DNA of 64,000 nucleotides. Origin: Clostridia bacterium (GTDB lineage Bacteria > Bacillota > Clostridia > TANB77 > CAG-465). The stretch lies in the NCBI GenBank assembly GCA_017536445.1, contig JAFXHJ010000018.1, positions 30,772 through 94,771 on the forward strand, read 5' to 3'. The position numbers were made by a program, and so were the translations under genes. The notes below the pieces were generated by a model that made no database searches, was not told the origin of the DNA, and saw nothing but the letters and a program-made list of their open reading frames with translations. Shown in pieces: positions 38,630-50,300 of this stretch; within the stretch, counting starts at the first letter, position 1; every line of letters begins with the position of its first letter.

Positions 38630-39452
38630 AAATATTAAATTCTCATGTTTAATGTCGGTGTATAAAAATGATAAGCCAGAATATGTAGCATTAGCTATAG
38701 ATTCTATATTAAATCAAACATTGAAACCTAATCAATATGTAATAGTTGTAGATGGCCCTATATCTAATGAACTAAAAGAACTTTTACTAGATTATGAAAA
38801 GAAAGATGAAATAATAGAACTTCATTTTAGAGATAAGAATTTAGGATTAGGACTAACATTAAATGAAGGGTTGGGTTATTGTAAATACGAATATGTCGCA
38901 AGAATGGATGCAGATGATTATTCTTTACCAGATAGATTTGAAAAGCAAATGGAACATTTAATGAATGATAAAACAATAGATGTGCTTAGTTCGTTTATAG
39001 ATGAATATGATGATTTAATGGTAAATAAAATATCTACAAGGAAAGTGCCTGAATTAGATGAAGACATAAAAAAATACATGAAGTTTAGAAATCCTATCAA
39101 TCATGTAACTGCTGTGTACAGAAAAAGTAAGGTTTTAGAAGTGAATAGTTATGAGGATTATCCATATTTTGAAGATTATTATCTGTGGGCAAAGTTAGCA
39201 AGAAATAATGCTAAATTCTATAATATTCAAAAAAATTTAGTGAACGTAAGAGGCGGAAACTCTATGTATGAGAGAAGAGGCGGGAAAAAATATATAACTT
39301 GTATAAAAAAATTTGAGGAAGGAATATTAGCATTAGGAATAATTAATAAAAGAGAATATAGAAAGAACTTAATTAAAAGATATATAGGCGCCTTATTACC
39401 AAACTGGGTGAGAGGTATACTATACAAATTAATATTAAGAGGGAATAGATGA
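38610..39452 (+). CDS. Family 2 glycosyltransferase
   Basis: FSCLMSVYKNDK, VVDGP and RMDADD motifs. GTG start overlaps the vanZ-like gene. Confidence 0.8.
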   Translation: MGKKINENIKFSCLMSVYKNDKPEYVALAIDSILNQTLKPNQYVIVVDGPISNELKELLLDYEKKDEIIELHFRDKNLGLGLTLNEGLGYCKYEYVARMDADDYSLPDRFEKQMEHLMNDKTIDVLSSFIDEYDDLMVNKISTRKVPELDEDIKKYMKFRNPINHVTAVYRKSKVLEVNSYEDYPYFEDYYLWAKLARNNAKFYNIQKNLVNVRGGNSMYERRGGKKYITCIKKFEEGILALGIINKREYRKNLIKRYIGALLPNWVRGILYKLILRGNR

Positions 39453-39456
39453 TAAA

Positions 39457-40569
39457 ATGAGTAAGATTGAATTAGTAACTATGCATAGAGTAAAAAATTA
39501 TGGTTCTGTTTTGCAAGCATATGCTACTCAAATAGCGTTAGAAAAATTAGGACACACCGTGGAAGTTTTGGATTATTACCCCGAAAGAAACACTAAAAGG
39601 GGAATGCTCGAAAGAATAAAGAATCAAAATAAATATTTGAAAAGATTTAAGTTTTTAAGAATAGTTGCGAGAGTAATAATATTACCATCGTATAATAAAA
39701 GATTTAAAGTATTTGAAGAATATTTAAACAAGTATATTAATTTATCAGATAAGGTATATCACTCGTATGATGAAATAAAAGATGAATTACCAACAGCAGA
39801 CTTCTATATGACAGGCTCTGATCAAGTTTGGAATTCTGAATGGAATGGTGGAATAGATAATACTTTGTTTTGGAATTTTGATGAGATAAATAAGAACCAA
39901 AGAATTGCATACTCAGCTTCTTTTGGGAAAACTATACTAGATGATAAGGAAAAAACAAAAACAAAAGAATTATTAGAAAACTATGCTGCAATTTCTCTTA
40001 GAGAAAAAGCAGGTGCTGATATTTGTGATGATTTAGGAATAAAAAATACTAAAGAAGTGTTAGATCCAACTTTATTACTCACATATGAAGAATGGGAAAA
40101 AATCTCATCTAATAAATTTGAAAATGAAGAATATATATTAGTTTATAATTTAAATAGAAATAAAAAAATAGATAATTATGCTAAGAATTTATCTAAAAAA
40201 ACAGGAATCAAAGTAAAATATATATCATATCAATTACATGAATTCTACAAAAACGGGAAAATGTATTGCAATCCTAAAGTAGAAGATTTTTTAGCGATTA
40301 TAAAAAACGCAAAATATGTTATAAGTGATTCATTTCACGCTACGGCTTTTTCACTAACATTTCGTAAAGAATTTGTCATTATATATCCTGGGAAATATAG
40401 TAGTAGATTACAAAATATATTAGTAAAGTTGGGGCTTGAAAATAGAGTTGCTAAAGATGAAAACGATTTGGTGATAGTTGACAACAAAATAAATTATAAA
40501 AATGTAACAAATATATTGGAAGAAGAGAGAAAAGTTTCGATTAATTGGTTAAAAGAACATATAAGGTAG
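39457..40569 (+). CDS. Polysaccharide pyruvyl transferase family protein
   Basis: The N-terminal VTMHRVKNYGSVLQAYATQ pattern and the GSDQVWN motif are typical of PF04230 members. Confidence 0.65.
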   Translation: MSKIELVTMHRVKNYGSVLQAYATQIALEKLGHTVEVLDYYPERNTKRGMLERIKNQNKYLKRFKFLRIVARVIILPSYNKRFKVFEEYLNKYINLSDKVYHSYDEIKDELPTADFYMTGSDQVWNSEWNGGIDNTLFWNFDEINKNQRIAYSASFGKTILDDKEKTKTKELLENYAAISLREKAGADICDDLGIKNTKEVLDPTLLLTYEEWEKISSNKFENEEYILVYNLNRNKKIDNYAKNLSKKTGIKVKYISYQLHEFYKNGKMYCNPKVEDFLAIIKNAKYVISDSFHATAFSLTFRKEFVIIYPGKYSSRLQNILVKLGLENRVAKDENDLVIVDNKINYKNVTNILEEERKVSINWLKEHIR

Positions 40570-40576
40570 GTAAAAC

Positions 40577-41587
40577 ATGAAAGAAAATAATGTAACAGAA
40601 GAATTAGTAACCATAATAGTACCTGTATATAATGTTGAGAAATACATTGAACAGTGCTTAAATTCACTAATAACTCAAACATATAAAAACTTAGAAATTA
40701 TAGTAGTTAATGATGGTAGCCCGGACAACAGCGAAACAATAATAAAAGAATTAATGAAGACAGACGATAGAATAAAATTAATTTCTCAAAAGAATGCTGG
40801 CGTAAGTATGGCAAGAAACAATGCTATAAACAATGCCACAGGAGAATATATAATTTTTGTTGATGCAGACGACTATTTAGCAAAAGATTATGTAGAGTAT
40901 ATGCTTGAGTTAATCAACCAAGATGACTGTCAATTCGCATGTACTATAAAAAATTATTGGGCGAATGGTGAAAAGCAAACTCAAAAAATAGTGAACAGTG
41001 TATATTCATCAGAAGAAACAGTAGGATTATTATTATCTCCAGATGTTATGGTGGGATGCACAAACAAAATATATAGAAGAAGCTTTTTATCTGCTAATAA
41101 TTTGTTGTTCAGATCGGACTTGTATTATGGAGAAGGCCTTAATTATATTATAAGAGCAGCGATAGCAGCAACAAAAGTTGGTATTGGAAATAAGAAAGTG
41201 TATTACTACAGAAAGAACAATCTTAGCTCTGCTACAACAAAATATTCTTTTGATAAATATAGCAATGGTGAAAAATCTTTACAAATGATAGGCAAAATGA
41301 TTAATAGAGATAATGATTATGTACAAGCAATGTATGAATTACATCTATCAACATTTTATTTGGGCGCTTTGACTAAATTAATAGAAAATGGAAAAGTGAA
41401 TGAGCATAAGGAAAAATTTGCAGAATGGAAGAAATATATAAGAAATAGCTTGACTTTATTATTAAGGAGTAAATATGTTTCAGTATATAGAAAAACAATG
41501 CTGTTAGTTGGAAGCGTATGTCCTAATATTATAGTTTGGTTAAATAAGAAAAGAGAAAAGAATATAATAAAGAACAGTGTAAAATAA
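40577..41587 (+). CDS. Family 2 glycosyltransferase
   Basis: VTIIVPVYNVEKYI, VNDGSPD and VDADD motifs. Confidence 0.85.
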   Translation: MKENNVTEELVTIIVPVYNVEKYIEQCLNSLITQTYKNLEIIVVNDGSPDNSETIIKELMKTDDRIKLISQKNAGVSMARNNAINNATGEYIIFVDADDYLAKDYVEYMLELINQDDCQFACTIKNYWANGEKQTQKIVNSVYSSEETVGLLLSPDVMVGCTNKIYRRSFLSANNLLFRSDLYYGEGLNYIIRAAIAATKVGIGNKKVYYYRKNNLSSATTKYSFDKYSNGEKSLQMIGKMINRDNDYVQAMYELHLSTFYLGALTKLIENGKVNEHKEKFAEWKKYIRNSLTLLLRSKYVSVYRKTMLLVGSVCPNIIVWLNKKREKNIIKNSVK

Positions 41588-41598
41588 GGAGGTAAAAG

Positions 41599-42669
41599 GT
41601 GAAGGTATTACATATTACATCAATAACACATCCACAAGGCAATGGTGTAGCCGTTGCAGTATCTAATTTTATTAAGTATCAATCAGAATTAACAGAAGTA
41701 GCGATATATAATATAGAATCAGATATAGATGAGCAAAATGTAATAAGCTTTAATTATAATAAATATAAAAGTATAAGCAGTTTGCCTTCGGGTTTTTCAA
41801 ATCCTGACTTGGTGGTTTTTAATGAAGTTTATAAAAAAGAATATTTAAAATTATATAAAGAATGTATATCAAAAAATATACCATATATTATTATTCCGCA
41901 TGGTTGTTTAGTAAAAAAAGCTCAAAATAATAAAAAAATAAAAAAGAAAATTGCTAATTTCTTATTTTTTAATAGCTTTATCAAATGTGCTACGGCATTA
42001 CAGTATTTAAATGAAGACGAAAAAGAAAAAAGTATATTTTCTTCTCAGAGATATTTAATTTCAGGTAATGGAGTTAATGCTCCTATAAGAAAAAATAAGC
42101 CTAAAGGTAAGAATTTTGTATATATTGGAAGATATGATATAAAAGTTAAAGGATTAGATTTACTTTTAAAAACAATAAATACTAATAAAGAATGGTTTGA
42201 AAAAAACAATGTAAAAATAGATTTATATGGTAGGGCATCGGGTAACGGAATTGTTGAAATAAAAAAATATATTGAAAAATATAGCTTGAATGAGATAGTT
42301 AGTATTAATGATGCTATATATGGTGAAGAAAAAGAAACACTCTTATTAAATGCATATACATTTATTCAGGTTTCAAGACACGAAGGACAACCAATGGGTA
42401 TAATGGAAGCATTAGCGTACGGATTACCGTGTATTGTTACTTATGGCACAAATTTTGGGAAATATGTAAATGATAATGAATGTGGCATTGGTATAGAATT
42501 TAGCGAACAACAATTGTTTGATGCCATAAAGCAAATGTATAACAACGAAAATATAAGAAATGAATACTCTAATAATTGTGAAATAATAATAAAAGATTAT
42601 GAATGGAAAAATGTAACTAAAGCGTTGATTCATAAATATAAAAGAATAATAAAAGAAAGGAATACTTAA
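41599..42669 (+). CDS. Family 4 (GT-B) glycosyltransferase
   Basis: C-terminal SRHEGQPMGIMEALAYGLPCIVT (E-x7-E region). GTG start after AGGAGG. Confidence 0.75.
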   Translation: MKVLHITSITHPQGNGVAVAVSNFIKYQSELTEVAIYNIESDIDEQNVISFNYNKYKSISSLPSGFSNPDLVVFNEVYKKEYLKLYKECISKNIPYIIIPHGCLVKKAQNNKKIKKKIANFLFFNSFIKCATALQYLNEDEKEKSIFSSQRYLISGNGVNAPIRKNKPKGKNFVYIGRYDIKVKGLDLLLKTINTNKEWFEKNNVKIDLYGRASGNGIVEIKKYIEKYSLNEIVSINDAIYGEEKETLLLNAYTFIQVSRHEGQPMGIMEALAYGLPCIVTYGTNFGKYVNDNECGIGIEFSEQQLFDAIKQMYNNENIRNEYSNNCEIIIKDYEWKNVTKALIHKYKRIIKERNT

Positions 42670-43982
42670 TGTTAAAGATGGAAGTAAAGAATGGAATAAA
42701 AAAAATAGATGTTAGACTAATAACATATGTTTTTATTGTATTATTAAAACAATTTTCATATGTTTTTTTCCCTAGCAATATTATAAGTTATTTACTTATA
42801 GTAGCATTGATATTTTTATTTTTAACTGAAAAAAAAGAAAACTTTTTACCAGTGATATTATTTTTTCATCCGTGCGCAGCTTTATTTGATGATGTGAATT
42901 TTACATACATATTTAATTTTACTATTGTAATATTTGCGTTAAAGCAGTTTGTATTATTATATAAGCAAAAGCTATTTACTAATAAAAATAAGAAGCTATT
43001 AATATTATTGTTGTTAATTGTGTGTTATGAAATAATACTAACTTTAGCAAATGGATTTTTAGATGCAGGAATATTATCGTTAGTATCATGGATAAGTTCT
43101 TACATCTTTGTTATTACATATATGTCAGTTATAGATAAACCTGATGTGAATAAAATGCTTAAGTATTTCTATTATGGTTTTGTTGCAGGCGCCATAGGTG
43201 GATACGCTATACCATATTCAATTTATGGTATTGATTTCCCAAGCAAATATAGATTTATGGGATTATTTAGAGATCCTAATGTATATTCTTTAGATGCATT
43301 GTTGATTATTTTTACATCACTAAAAATAAAAAAAAGATTAAGCATAATGACTATTGTTACAATTACTCTTGGATGTTTTTCGGTTTCAAAAATGTTTTTG
43401 CTTGTGTTATTATTAGGAATGGGACTACATTTAATTATTAATCTGAAAACAATTAAAGCAAAAGAAATTATTAAAGTGATGCCGTTAGTGGTGATTGCAT
43501 GTGTTATAGGAATACGTTTCAATTTTTTTACTACTATTTATGATAAATATATAGATAGAATTGATGTAGAAAATATATCAACTGGTAGAACGGAGATAAT
43601 AGAATTTTATTTAGGAAGATTATATGATAAGCCGCTGAATCTGATTTTTGGTTCTAGTGATTCCAATTATAGATTAGTCTTACAAGATAATACACAAAAG
43701 CGTTCTTTATATGAAACTCATAACACATATTTAGAATTACTTGTGGCTTGGGGAATATTAGGTACGACTTATTATTTAATATATATAGAGAAGATAATAG
43801 AATATATAAAAAATAAATATAATAAATATGACATGAAAATTAAGTACAGTTTCCCATTAATATTTAGCTTCTTATTGGCAATATTTTCTTTAGCATATTT
43901 ATCAGCAGATATATTTGTTATACTAATATTATTTATAGTATTAGTAACATATATCCCCGCTGAAATGGAGGATACAAAATGA
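42669..43982 (+). CDS. Wzy-type polysaccharide polymerase / O-antigen ligase-like membrane protein
   Basis: About 10-12 TM helices with a large loop late in the protein (GRTEIIEFYLG...HNTYLELLV). Position in a wzx/wzy locus supports the call. Confidence 0.65.
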   Translation: MLKMEVKNGIKKIDVRLITYVFIVLLKQFSYVFFPSNIISYLLIVALIFLFLTEKKENFLPVILFFHPCAALFDDVNFTYIFNFTIVIFALKQFVLLYKQKLFTNKNKKLLILLLLIVCYEIILTLANGFLDAGILSLVSWISSYIFVITYMSVIDKPDVNKMLKYFYYGFVAGAIGGYAIPYSIYGIDFPSKYRFMGLFRDPNVYSLDALLIIFTSLKIKKRLSIMTIVTITLGCFSVSKMFLLVLLLGMGLHLIINLKTIKAKEIIKVMPLVVIACVIGIRFNFFTTIYDKYIDRIDVENISTGRTEIIEFYLGRLYDKPLNLIFGSSDSNYRLVLQDNTQKRSLYETHNTYLELLVAWGILGTTYYLIYIEKIIEYIKNKYNKYDMKIKYSFPLIFSFLLAIFSLAYLSADIFVILILFIVLVTYIPAEMEDTK

Positions 43983-45067
43983 AAAAAATATTGAATGTAG
44001 TATCATCATTGGATTCGGGCGGAGTAGAAACAATGTTATATAATTATTATTCCAATTTTAAAAATAATGAATTAATATTTGATTTTGCAGTTTATGCAAA
44101 AGAAGAAGGAATGATAGAGAAAAAACTTATAGAACGTGGGGCAAAAATATACCATATCACTCCAAGAAAAAAAAGTGTTTTTAGAAACTTATATGATTTA
44201 TTCTTGGTTGTAAAAAATGGTAATTATGACGCGGTATATTCTCATATGAATTTTTATTCATGGATTGCGCTCTTCTATGCAAAGATATTTAGCGTGAAAA
44301 CTAGAATTGCACATTCACACGGAATTGCACCTGAAAAAATAAGTTTCGGCAAAAGGATAAAAAATGTAATAAATAGAATGGCAATAAAATTATTTGCAAC
44401 TAATTTTTTTGCGTGCAGTAATGAAGCTGGGGAATACTTATATGGTAAACATTGGAATGAAAAGAACGAAAAATATTTAATTATAAAAAATGCTATAGAT
44501 ATTTCAAAGTTTGCTTATGATGAAGAGATTAGAAAGAAATATAGAAAAGAGTATAAAATAGGAGATAGAATTTGTTTATTGCACATTGGTAGGTTTGCAC
44601 CGGAAAAGAATCATAAGTTTTTAATGGATATAATAAATCAATTAGATAGTAACAAATTCGTATTGGTATGCGTTGGCGATGGAAAAGAGTTAATTAGATA
44701 TATGTCTGAATATAAAAATGATAGTATAATTTTTACTGGTAAACGTAGTGACATAGAAGCGTTTTATTCGATGGGAGATATATTTCTTTTACCGTCACTG
44801 CATGAGGGGCTGGGAATAGTTTTGATAGAAGCACAGGTGTCAGGACTAAGATGTATTGCTTCGACAAATGTTCCTAATGAAGCTAAGTTAACAAATAATG
44901 TAACTTTTTTACCATTAGAAGCCGAACAATGGATAGAAGAAATTAAAAATCAAACATTATATAAACGAAATTGCGAAGTAAATATTATAACTGATAAAGG
45001 TTACAATATAAAGAAAGAATCGGAAAAATTTGAAGATATGTTGTGTGAATTAATTAAAAACAAATAA
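43979..45067 (+). CDS. Family 4 (GT-B) glycosyltransferase
   Basis: SLDSGGVE N-terminal motif. PSLHEGLGIVLIEAQVSGLRCIAS E-x7-E region. Confidence 0.8.
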   Translation: MKKILNVVSSLDSGGVETMLYNYYSNFKNNELIFDFAVYAKEEGMIEKKLIERGAKIYHITPRKKSVFRNLYDLFLVVKNGNYDAVYSHMNFYSWIALFYAKIFSVKTRIAHSHGIAPEKISFGKRIKNVINRMAIKLFATNFFACSNEAGEYLYGKHWNEKNEKYLIIKNAIDISKFAYDEEIRKKYRKEYKIGDRICLLHIGRFAPEKNHKFLMDIINQLDSNKFVLVCVGDGKELIRYMSEYKNDSIIFTGKRSDIEAFYSMGDIFLLPSLHEGLGIVLIEAQVSGLRCIASTNVPNEAKLTNNVTFLPLEAEQWIEEIKNQTLYKRNCEVNIITDKGYNIKKESEKFEDMLCELIKNK

Positions 45068-45079
45068 TAAGGAGGCGTT

Positions 45080-46627
45080 ATGTCAAGAAAAGGTAAGAGT
45101 ATTAACAATTTTGCCTTTGCTCTACTTGGACAGGGATTTGGTATATTAATAAGTTTTATAAGTAGGATTGTTTTTATACGCGTTTTAGGTAAAGAGTATT
45201 TAGGATTAAATGGATTGTTTACAAATATATTAACAGTATTGTCGCTAGCAGAATTGGGTATTGGTGAAGCAATTAATTTTAGCTTATATAAACCTTTAGC
45301 TATAAATGATACTAAGAAATGTAATATGTTGATGCAATATTATAAAAAGACATATTATATTATTGGCTGCGCTGTTTTAATATTAGGAATTGCAATAACG
45401 CCACTTGTACCACTGCTTATAAATGATCTTCCGGATATAGATAATTTGAAAATCATATATATATTGTTTGTTATAAATACAGGAATATCATATTTTTATT
45501 CCTATAAAAGGAATTTAATAATCGCTGATCAAAATAGGTATATAGCAACTATATATAGATATTTATTTTATTTTATTTTAAATGTTGTTCAAATTATATG
45601 GTTGATAGTATTCAAAAATTATATAGGCTTTTTAATATTACAGATTTTGAATACATTATTAGAAAATATTTTTATTTCCAAAAAAGCTAATAAAATGTAC
45701 CCGTTTTTAGAACAAAAAGAATCTATACAATTAGACAAGGAAACTAAGCGCGAAATAGTAAAAAATACAAAAGCATTAATGATGCATAAAGTTGGTGGAA
45801 TAGCAGTATCTTCAACAGATAATATAATTTTATCCAAATTCGTAAATTTATCTGAAGTAGGCTTATATTCAAATTATAGTATGATATTAAGTGCATTAAA
45901 TGCAGTGTTTTCTCAATTTTATAATTCTATTATTGCGAGCGTTGGTAATTTATTTGCATTAAAAGATAAAGAAAAACAGTATGAGGTTTTTGAAATTATT
46001 GATTTTATAGGATTTTGTATATATAGTTTAGCGTTCGTTGGATTGGCAGTGCTTTTAAATCCATTTATAGAGATTTGGCTTGGCTCACAATTCTTATTTG
46101 ACAAATATATTGTATTAGTATTAGTGATTAATTTCTATATAACTGGAATGCGTAAATCAAGTATGACATTTAGAGAAGCTTCGGGACTGTTCTATAAAGA
46201 TAGATGGAAGTCCATAGTTGAAGCTATTATTAATATTGTCGCTTCGTTGATATTAGTAAAAAAAATAGGAACAATAGGAGTATTTTTGGGAACATTAATT
46301 AGTTCAATTACAGTTTGTGCATGGGTAGAACCGTTGGTGTTGTACAAATATGGTTTTGAAAAAAAAATTAGTTTATATTTTAAAAATTACTTTATATATA
46401 TGGCTTTTACAGCTTTTTTATTTGTACAAATAAATTTAGTAAGTTTACTTATAAAAGGAAATATTTATATAGTTTTTTTAATAAAGCTTGTATTAATTAT
46501 AATAATATATTTAATTAATATGCTAATTTTCTTTAGAAAAGACAAGAAATATAAATACCTAATAGAAATGCTAAAATCTGCAATTATTAAAATAAAAAAC
46601 AAATTTGCAAAAACACCCAATCTGTAG
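45080..46627 (+). CDS. Wzx-type oligosaccharide flippase (MOP superfamily)
   Basis: 515 aa with about 14 TM helices. The N-terminus FALLGQGFGILISFISRIVFIRVLG is typical of polysaccharide biosynthesis (Wzx) proteins. Confidence 0.75.
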   Translation: MSRKGKSINNFAFALLGQGFGILISFISRIVFIRVLGKEYLGLNGLFTNILTVLSLAELGIGEAINFSLYKPLAINDTKKCNMLMQYYKKTYYIIGCAVLILGIAITPLVPLLINDLPDIDNLKIIYILFVINTGISYFYSYKRNLIIADQNRYIATIYRYLFYFILNVVQIIWLIVFKNYIGFLILQILNTLLENIFISKKANKMYPFLEQKESIQLDKETKREIVKNTKALMMHKVGGIAVSSTDNIILSKFVNLSEVGLYSNYSMILSALNAVFSQFYNSIIASVGNLFALKDKEKQYEVFEIIDFIGFCIYSLAFVGLAVLLNPFIEIWLGSQFLFDKYIVLVLVINFYITGMRKSSMTFREASGLFYKDRWKSIVEAIINIVASLILVKKIGTIGVFLGTLISSITVCAWVEPLVLYKYGFEKKISLYFKNYFIYMAFTAFLFVQINLVSLLIKGNIYIVFLIKLVLIIIIYLINMLIFFRKDKKYKYLIEMLKSAIIKIKNKFAKTPNL

Positions 46628-46656
46628 TAAAATATATATCTGTGAGGGAGAAGATT

Positions 46657-47196
46657 ATGAAATCTGTATTTGAAAAAGACATATATCGTTACTATGGAGA
46701 AAAAGGAGAAACTAAAAAAGAAAAACGTAACCGTGGTAATGAAATAAAGTATATATATTATTTTCGTAAATGCCAAGAATCTAAAGGTATTATGAAATGG
46801 TGGTATGAAAAAAGATTAGACAAGCTGTCTAAGATTACACATATTAGAATATCTCCTAAGACAAAAATAGGAGAAGGTTTCTATATAGGTCATTGTGGTA
46901 GAGTTATTATTAACCATAATGCTGTTTTGGGTAAAAATGTTAACATTGCTACAGGTGTTACTATAGGACAAGAAAATAGAGGAAAAAGAAAAGGTGTACC
47001 TACTATTAAAGATAATGTATGGATTGGTACTAATGCAGTTATTGTCGGTAATATAACAATAGGTGAAGATGTTTTAATTGCGCCACTTACGTATGTTAAT
47101 TTTGATGTACCAGATCATTCTATTGTTATTGGTAATCCCGGCAAAATAATACCTAGAGAAAATGCAACAGAAGATTATATAAATAATAAAGTATAG
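46657..47196 (+). CDS. Hexapeptide-repeat O-acetyltransferase (serine acetyltransferase-like)
   Basis: Left-handed beta-helix repeats IGEGFYIGHCGRVIINHNAVLGKNVNIATGVTIG and VWIGTNAVIVGNITIGEDVLIAP. The ATG at 46657 follows GAGGGAG. Confidence 0.8.
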   Translation: MKSVFEKDIYRYYGEKGETKKEKRNRGNEIKYIYYFRKCQESKGIMKWWYEKRLDKLSKITHIRISPKTKIGEGFYIGHCGRVIINHNAVLGKNVNIATGVTIGQENRGKRKGVPTIKDNVWIGTNAVIVGNITIGEDVLIAPLTYVNFDVPDHSIVIGNPGKIIPRENATEDYINNKV

Positions 47197-47240
47197 ACAA
47201 CAAAGCTACACTTCATGCTGAAGTGTAGCTTTGTTATTAT
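47197..47240 (+). terminator. Rho-independent terminator closing the polysaccharide operon
   Basis: 15-bp stem CAAAGCTACACTTCA/TGAAGTGTAGCTTTG, followed by a T-rich tail. Confidence 0.85.
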
Positions 47241-47302
47241 TATATAGCCAAAAACTGGAAAAATGTGTCGAAATATGATACAATAAAATAGCGAGGTGTA
47301 CT

Positions 47303-50300
47303 ATGAAAGAAAATATAAGTAATAATTACCTAATGGATAAACCTATTGATAGAATAACAAAAGATGAATTTGATAACAAAAGTATTGTTGATGAAATAGT
47401 TCATAATATAAAATCTAACGAACCACCATATAACATAGCACTAATAGGTAAATGGGGAACAGGAAAAAGCAGCATATTAGAATGTGTGGAAAATGAATTT
47501 AATAAAGATGAATACTTATTTGTAAGAATCAATGCTTGGAAATATGAAAAACAAGAAATAAGAAGAGCGTTTATTTTTGAAATATTGAATGAATTGCCTA
47601 AAATCAGCGGAAAAGTAAATCCAATAGTTGTTGCAATAAAAGAAACTCTAAACAAAGTTTTTAGTGCTAAGATAGAGGAAGATAAAAGCAAAGCAACAAT
47701 TAAAGATATTTCAGCAAAAATATTTAGCAATACTATGGCTTTAATTTTGGGATGTGGCTTGCCATTATGTTTAATTTTCCTTCTTTGTATATTTGGTATT
47801 GATTTTGTGTTAAGCTGTTTTAATATTAAAATAGATAATTATAATGGAATTAGGCTAGAAATGGCAGGTGCTTTTATAGTTACATTAATACCTTTAATAT
47901 ATGATTGTATTATGAAATTTTGCGAATCAAAAAAACCGATTAATATTAATGTTTCAGAACAAGTAAAAGATACTAATTTCTACGAAGAGCAAATGAAAGT
48001 AGCGCTTGCTGAATATGAAAAAAAGAAAAAAGAATTTAAATCTATTATTTGTATTGTAGAAGATATAGATAGATTAAATGCAGATAAAATGGTAGAAGCA
48101 ATAAACGCTTTGAAAAGTTTTATAGGCACAGATAAAATAATATTTATAGTACCTTATGATAATAATATTTTATCCTCTGTATTAGAAAGATGTAAGAACA
48201 GTAAAATATCATCAAATTACGAAATATTAGAAGGTGAAATGATATTAAATAAATTGTTCCAATATAAAATATATATGCCAGAATTGATACAAGAAGACAT
48301 GTACGAATTTGCCAAAAAACAAGTTAGTGAAAGTACAATACCTAATTTGTTTAAAGATAAAAGTATATTATATGACAATATACTTCCGGTGTTAATGTAT
48401 GAAGAAACTAAGACGCCAAGAGATGTTAAACAACTGATAAATTCGTATATAGCAAAATATAATATTGCGTTTTCAAGAGGAATAGTGAATTGTGAAGCAA
48501 AAGAACAATTACAATTGATGGCAGTACTAACTGTTTTAGAAAATGATTTCAACGAATTCTATTCTGAAATAGTAAATTATCCAAATATAATTGAATATTT
48601 TCTAGAGAACAAGATGACATTTGAAGAAAAAGAAAATGATGAAGAAAGTCAAATAAATGAAGAAGGCCTATCTCTAATATATAAAAGGTTAAAAAAAGAT
48701 ATATACCGAGGTTCAAAGTTTAAAAAATTAGAAGCATTTTTAAAGTATACAAAAAGCATAAATAAAGATAATATAGAACGTTTAGTTTATCTGAATTATA
48801 GCAAAATAGATAAAATAGGCGGAGGAATAGCATCTCGTGAATTTAGGTCAGCATTAATAAATTGCAACTTAAATAAAGCAAGAGAGTATCTAAGTGGAAT
48901 TAGTAGGGTTAGCGAACTTATCTCTAGGGAACTTTCATATAGAGATTTCTATAAGAAAAAGAACATAGTAATAACAATGGTGGGACTATATAAAGAATTA
49001 TCTAATATAGATGTTAATGAACGTAAAAATATTAGTATGGAAATAGAGAAAAACCTTGTATTATTAGATGATCAAGATATATATGAATTAAAAATGATAG
49101 ATATAATTAAAATAATTGAAGAATTTAATTATACTAATTGCAATAATTTATATGCCGCGTTAAGGTTAAAATTATACAATTGGAAACCAACATATCTTTA
49201 TGTTGAAGATGAAACGGGAGAAGTTATAGAAGATGAAAAAGCGCTTCTAGAGGAGGAGTTAACAGAATTAATCAGAATATATTCCAATGTTGATAATGAT
49301 ATACAAAGAGAAATTAAAAAGATAGTAGAAAGCATAGGTAACTATAACCAAACAGAAGAAGATGTTCAAGAGAGCGAAACAGTATATAAATTTAGTGATT
49401 TTTTCAATTGCGTTTTACCTACACTTGGTGTAGAAGAATACAATATATTAGGAGAAGACTTTTTGAAAAAAGCTCTTATGCTTGTAATAAAAAATATCAT
49501 AAATATATGTGATTTGCAAAAAATAAAGGAAGTATATATTGCCAATAATGATATAGATAGTTTTATAAAATTGTTATTTGCAACTATAGAAGGCGAAGAT
49601 GAAAGAATGATTTTAAATGTATTAGAAAATATACAAAGTGATATTCCTTTATTAAATAGAGAAACGAAGAAAATAATATTTTCAACAATAGAAGCTTATT
49701 CGGAAAGTATTAGTCAGTTGGATCGTGATGAATATAAAGTACTAGATAATGTTCTTTCTTTAATATGTGTAGACATAATAAAAGATGATGAAGACAATTC
49801 TATAGATGCTGTCTTAAAATCAGTAGAAGATAATATATATTTAACATTAACAATCATAAGTTTGGCAAACAATAACATGTTAGGAAAAATCGAACAAACA
49901 ATTAGACAAATAAACGATAAGCTGGTTAATGAAGATGAAGAATATGATGAAATGTTTGGCAAGATATGTAAGAAATATACCAACGAAGAAAAGTCGGATT
50001 TATTAGAAAAACTATTAAGTAAAATTAATGGATATCAAGGCAATATAAGCATTATTAGAACTCGTTTTGATGTTATTAAAACTACTAGTAATGTAAGCGA
50101 TATATGCACGAAATTCGTAGGGGAAATAGCAAATTACGTTATTACTAAATATAATAACATTGTAGATTTAGAAAGACGTAAAGATATGTTACAGTTTTGC
50201 GTAGAAAACTGTAAGTATTTAACAGAAGAAGAGGTAATAAAATTCTTTGATTTTTTAAATAACACAGTGATTTTAAATTATCCAGAAATAACAATTGAAG

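Noticed and set aside
42690-46370. A8-A9 homopolymer tracts inside wzy, GT4 and wzx (for example near 42696, 42829, 43328, 44167, 46258, 46359). Considered as slipped-strand phase-variation switches.
   Set aside because: - Lys AAA codon runs of this length are frequent throughout this AT-rich window, including in housekeeping genes.
- The tracts show no enrichment at gene 5' ends, and no evidence of length heterogeneity is available.
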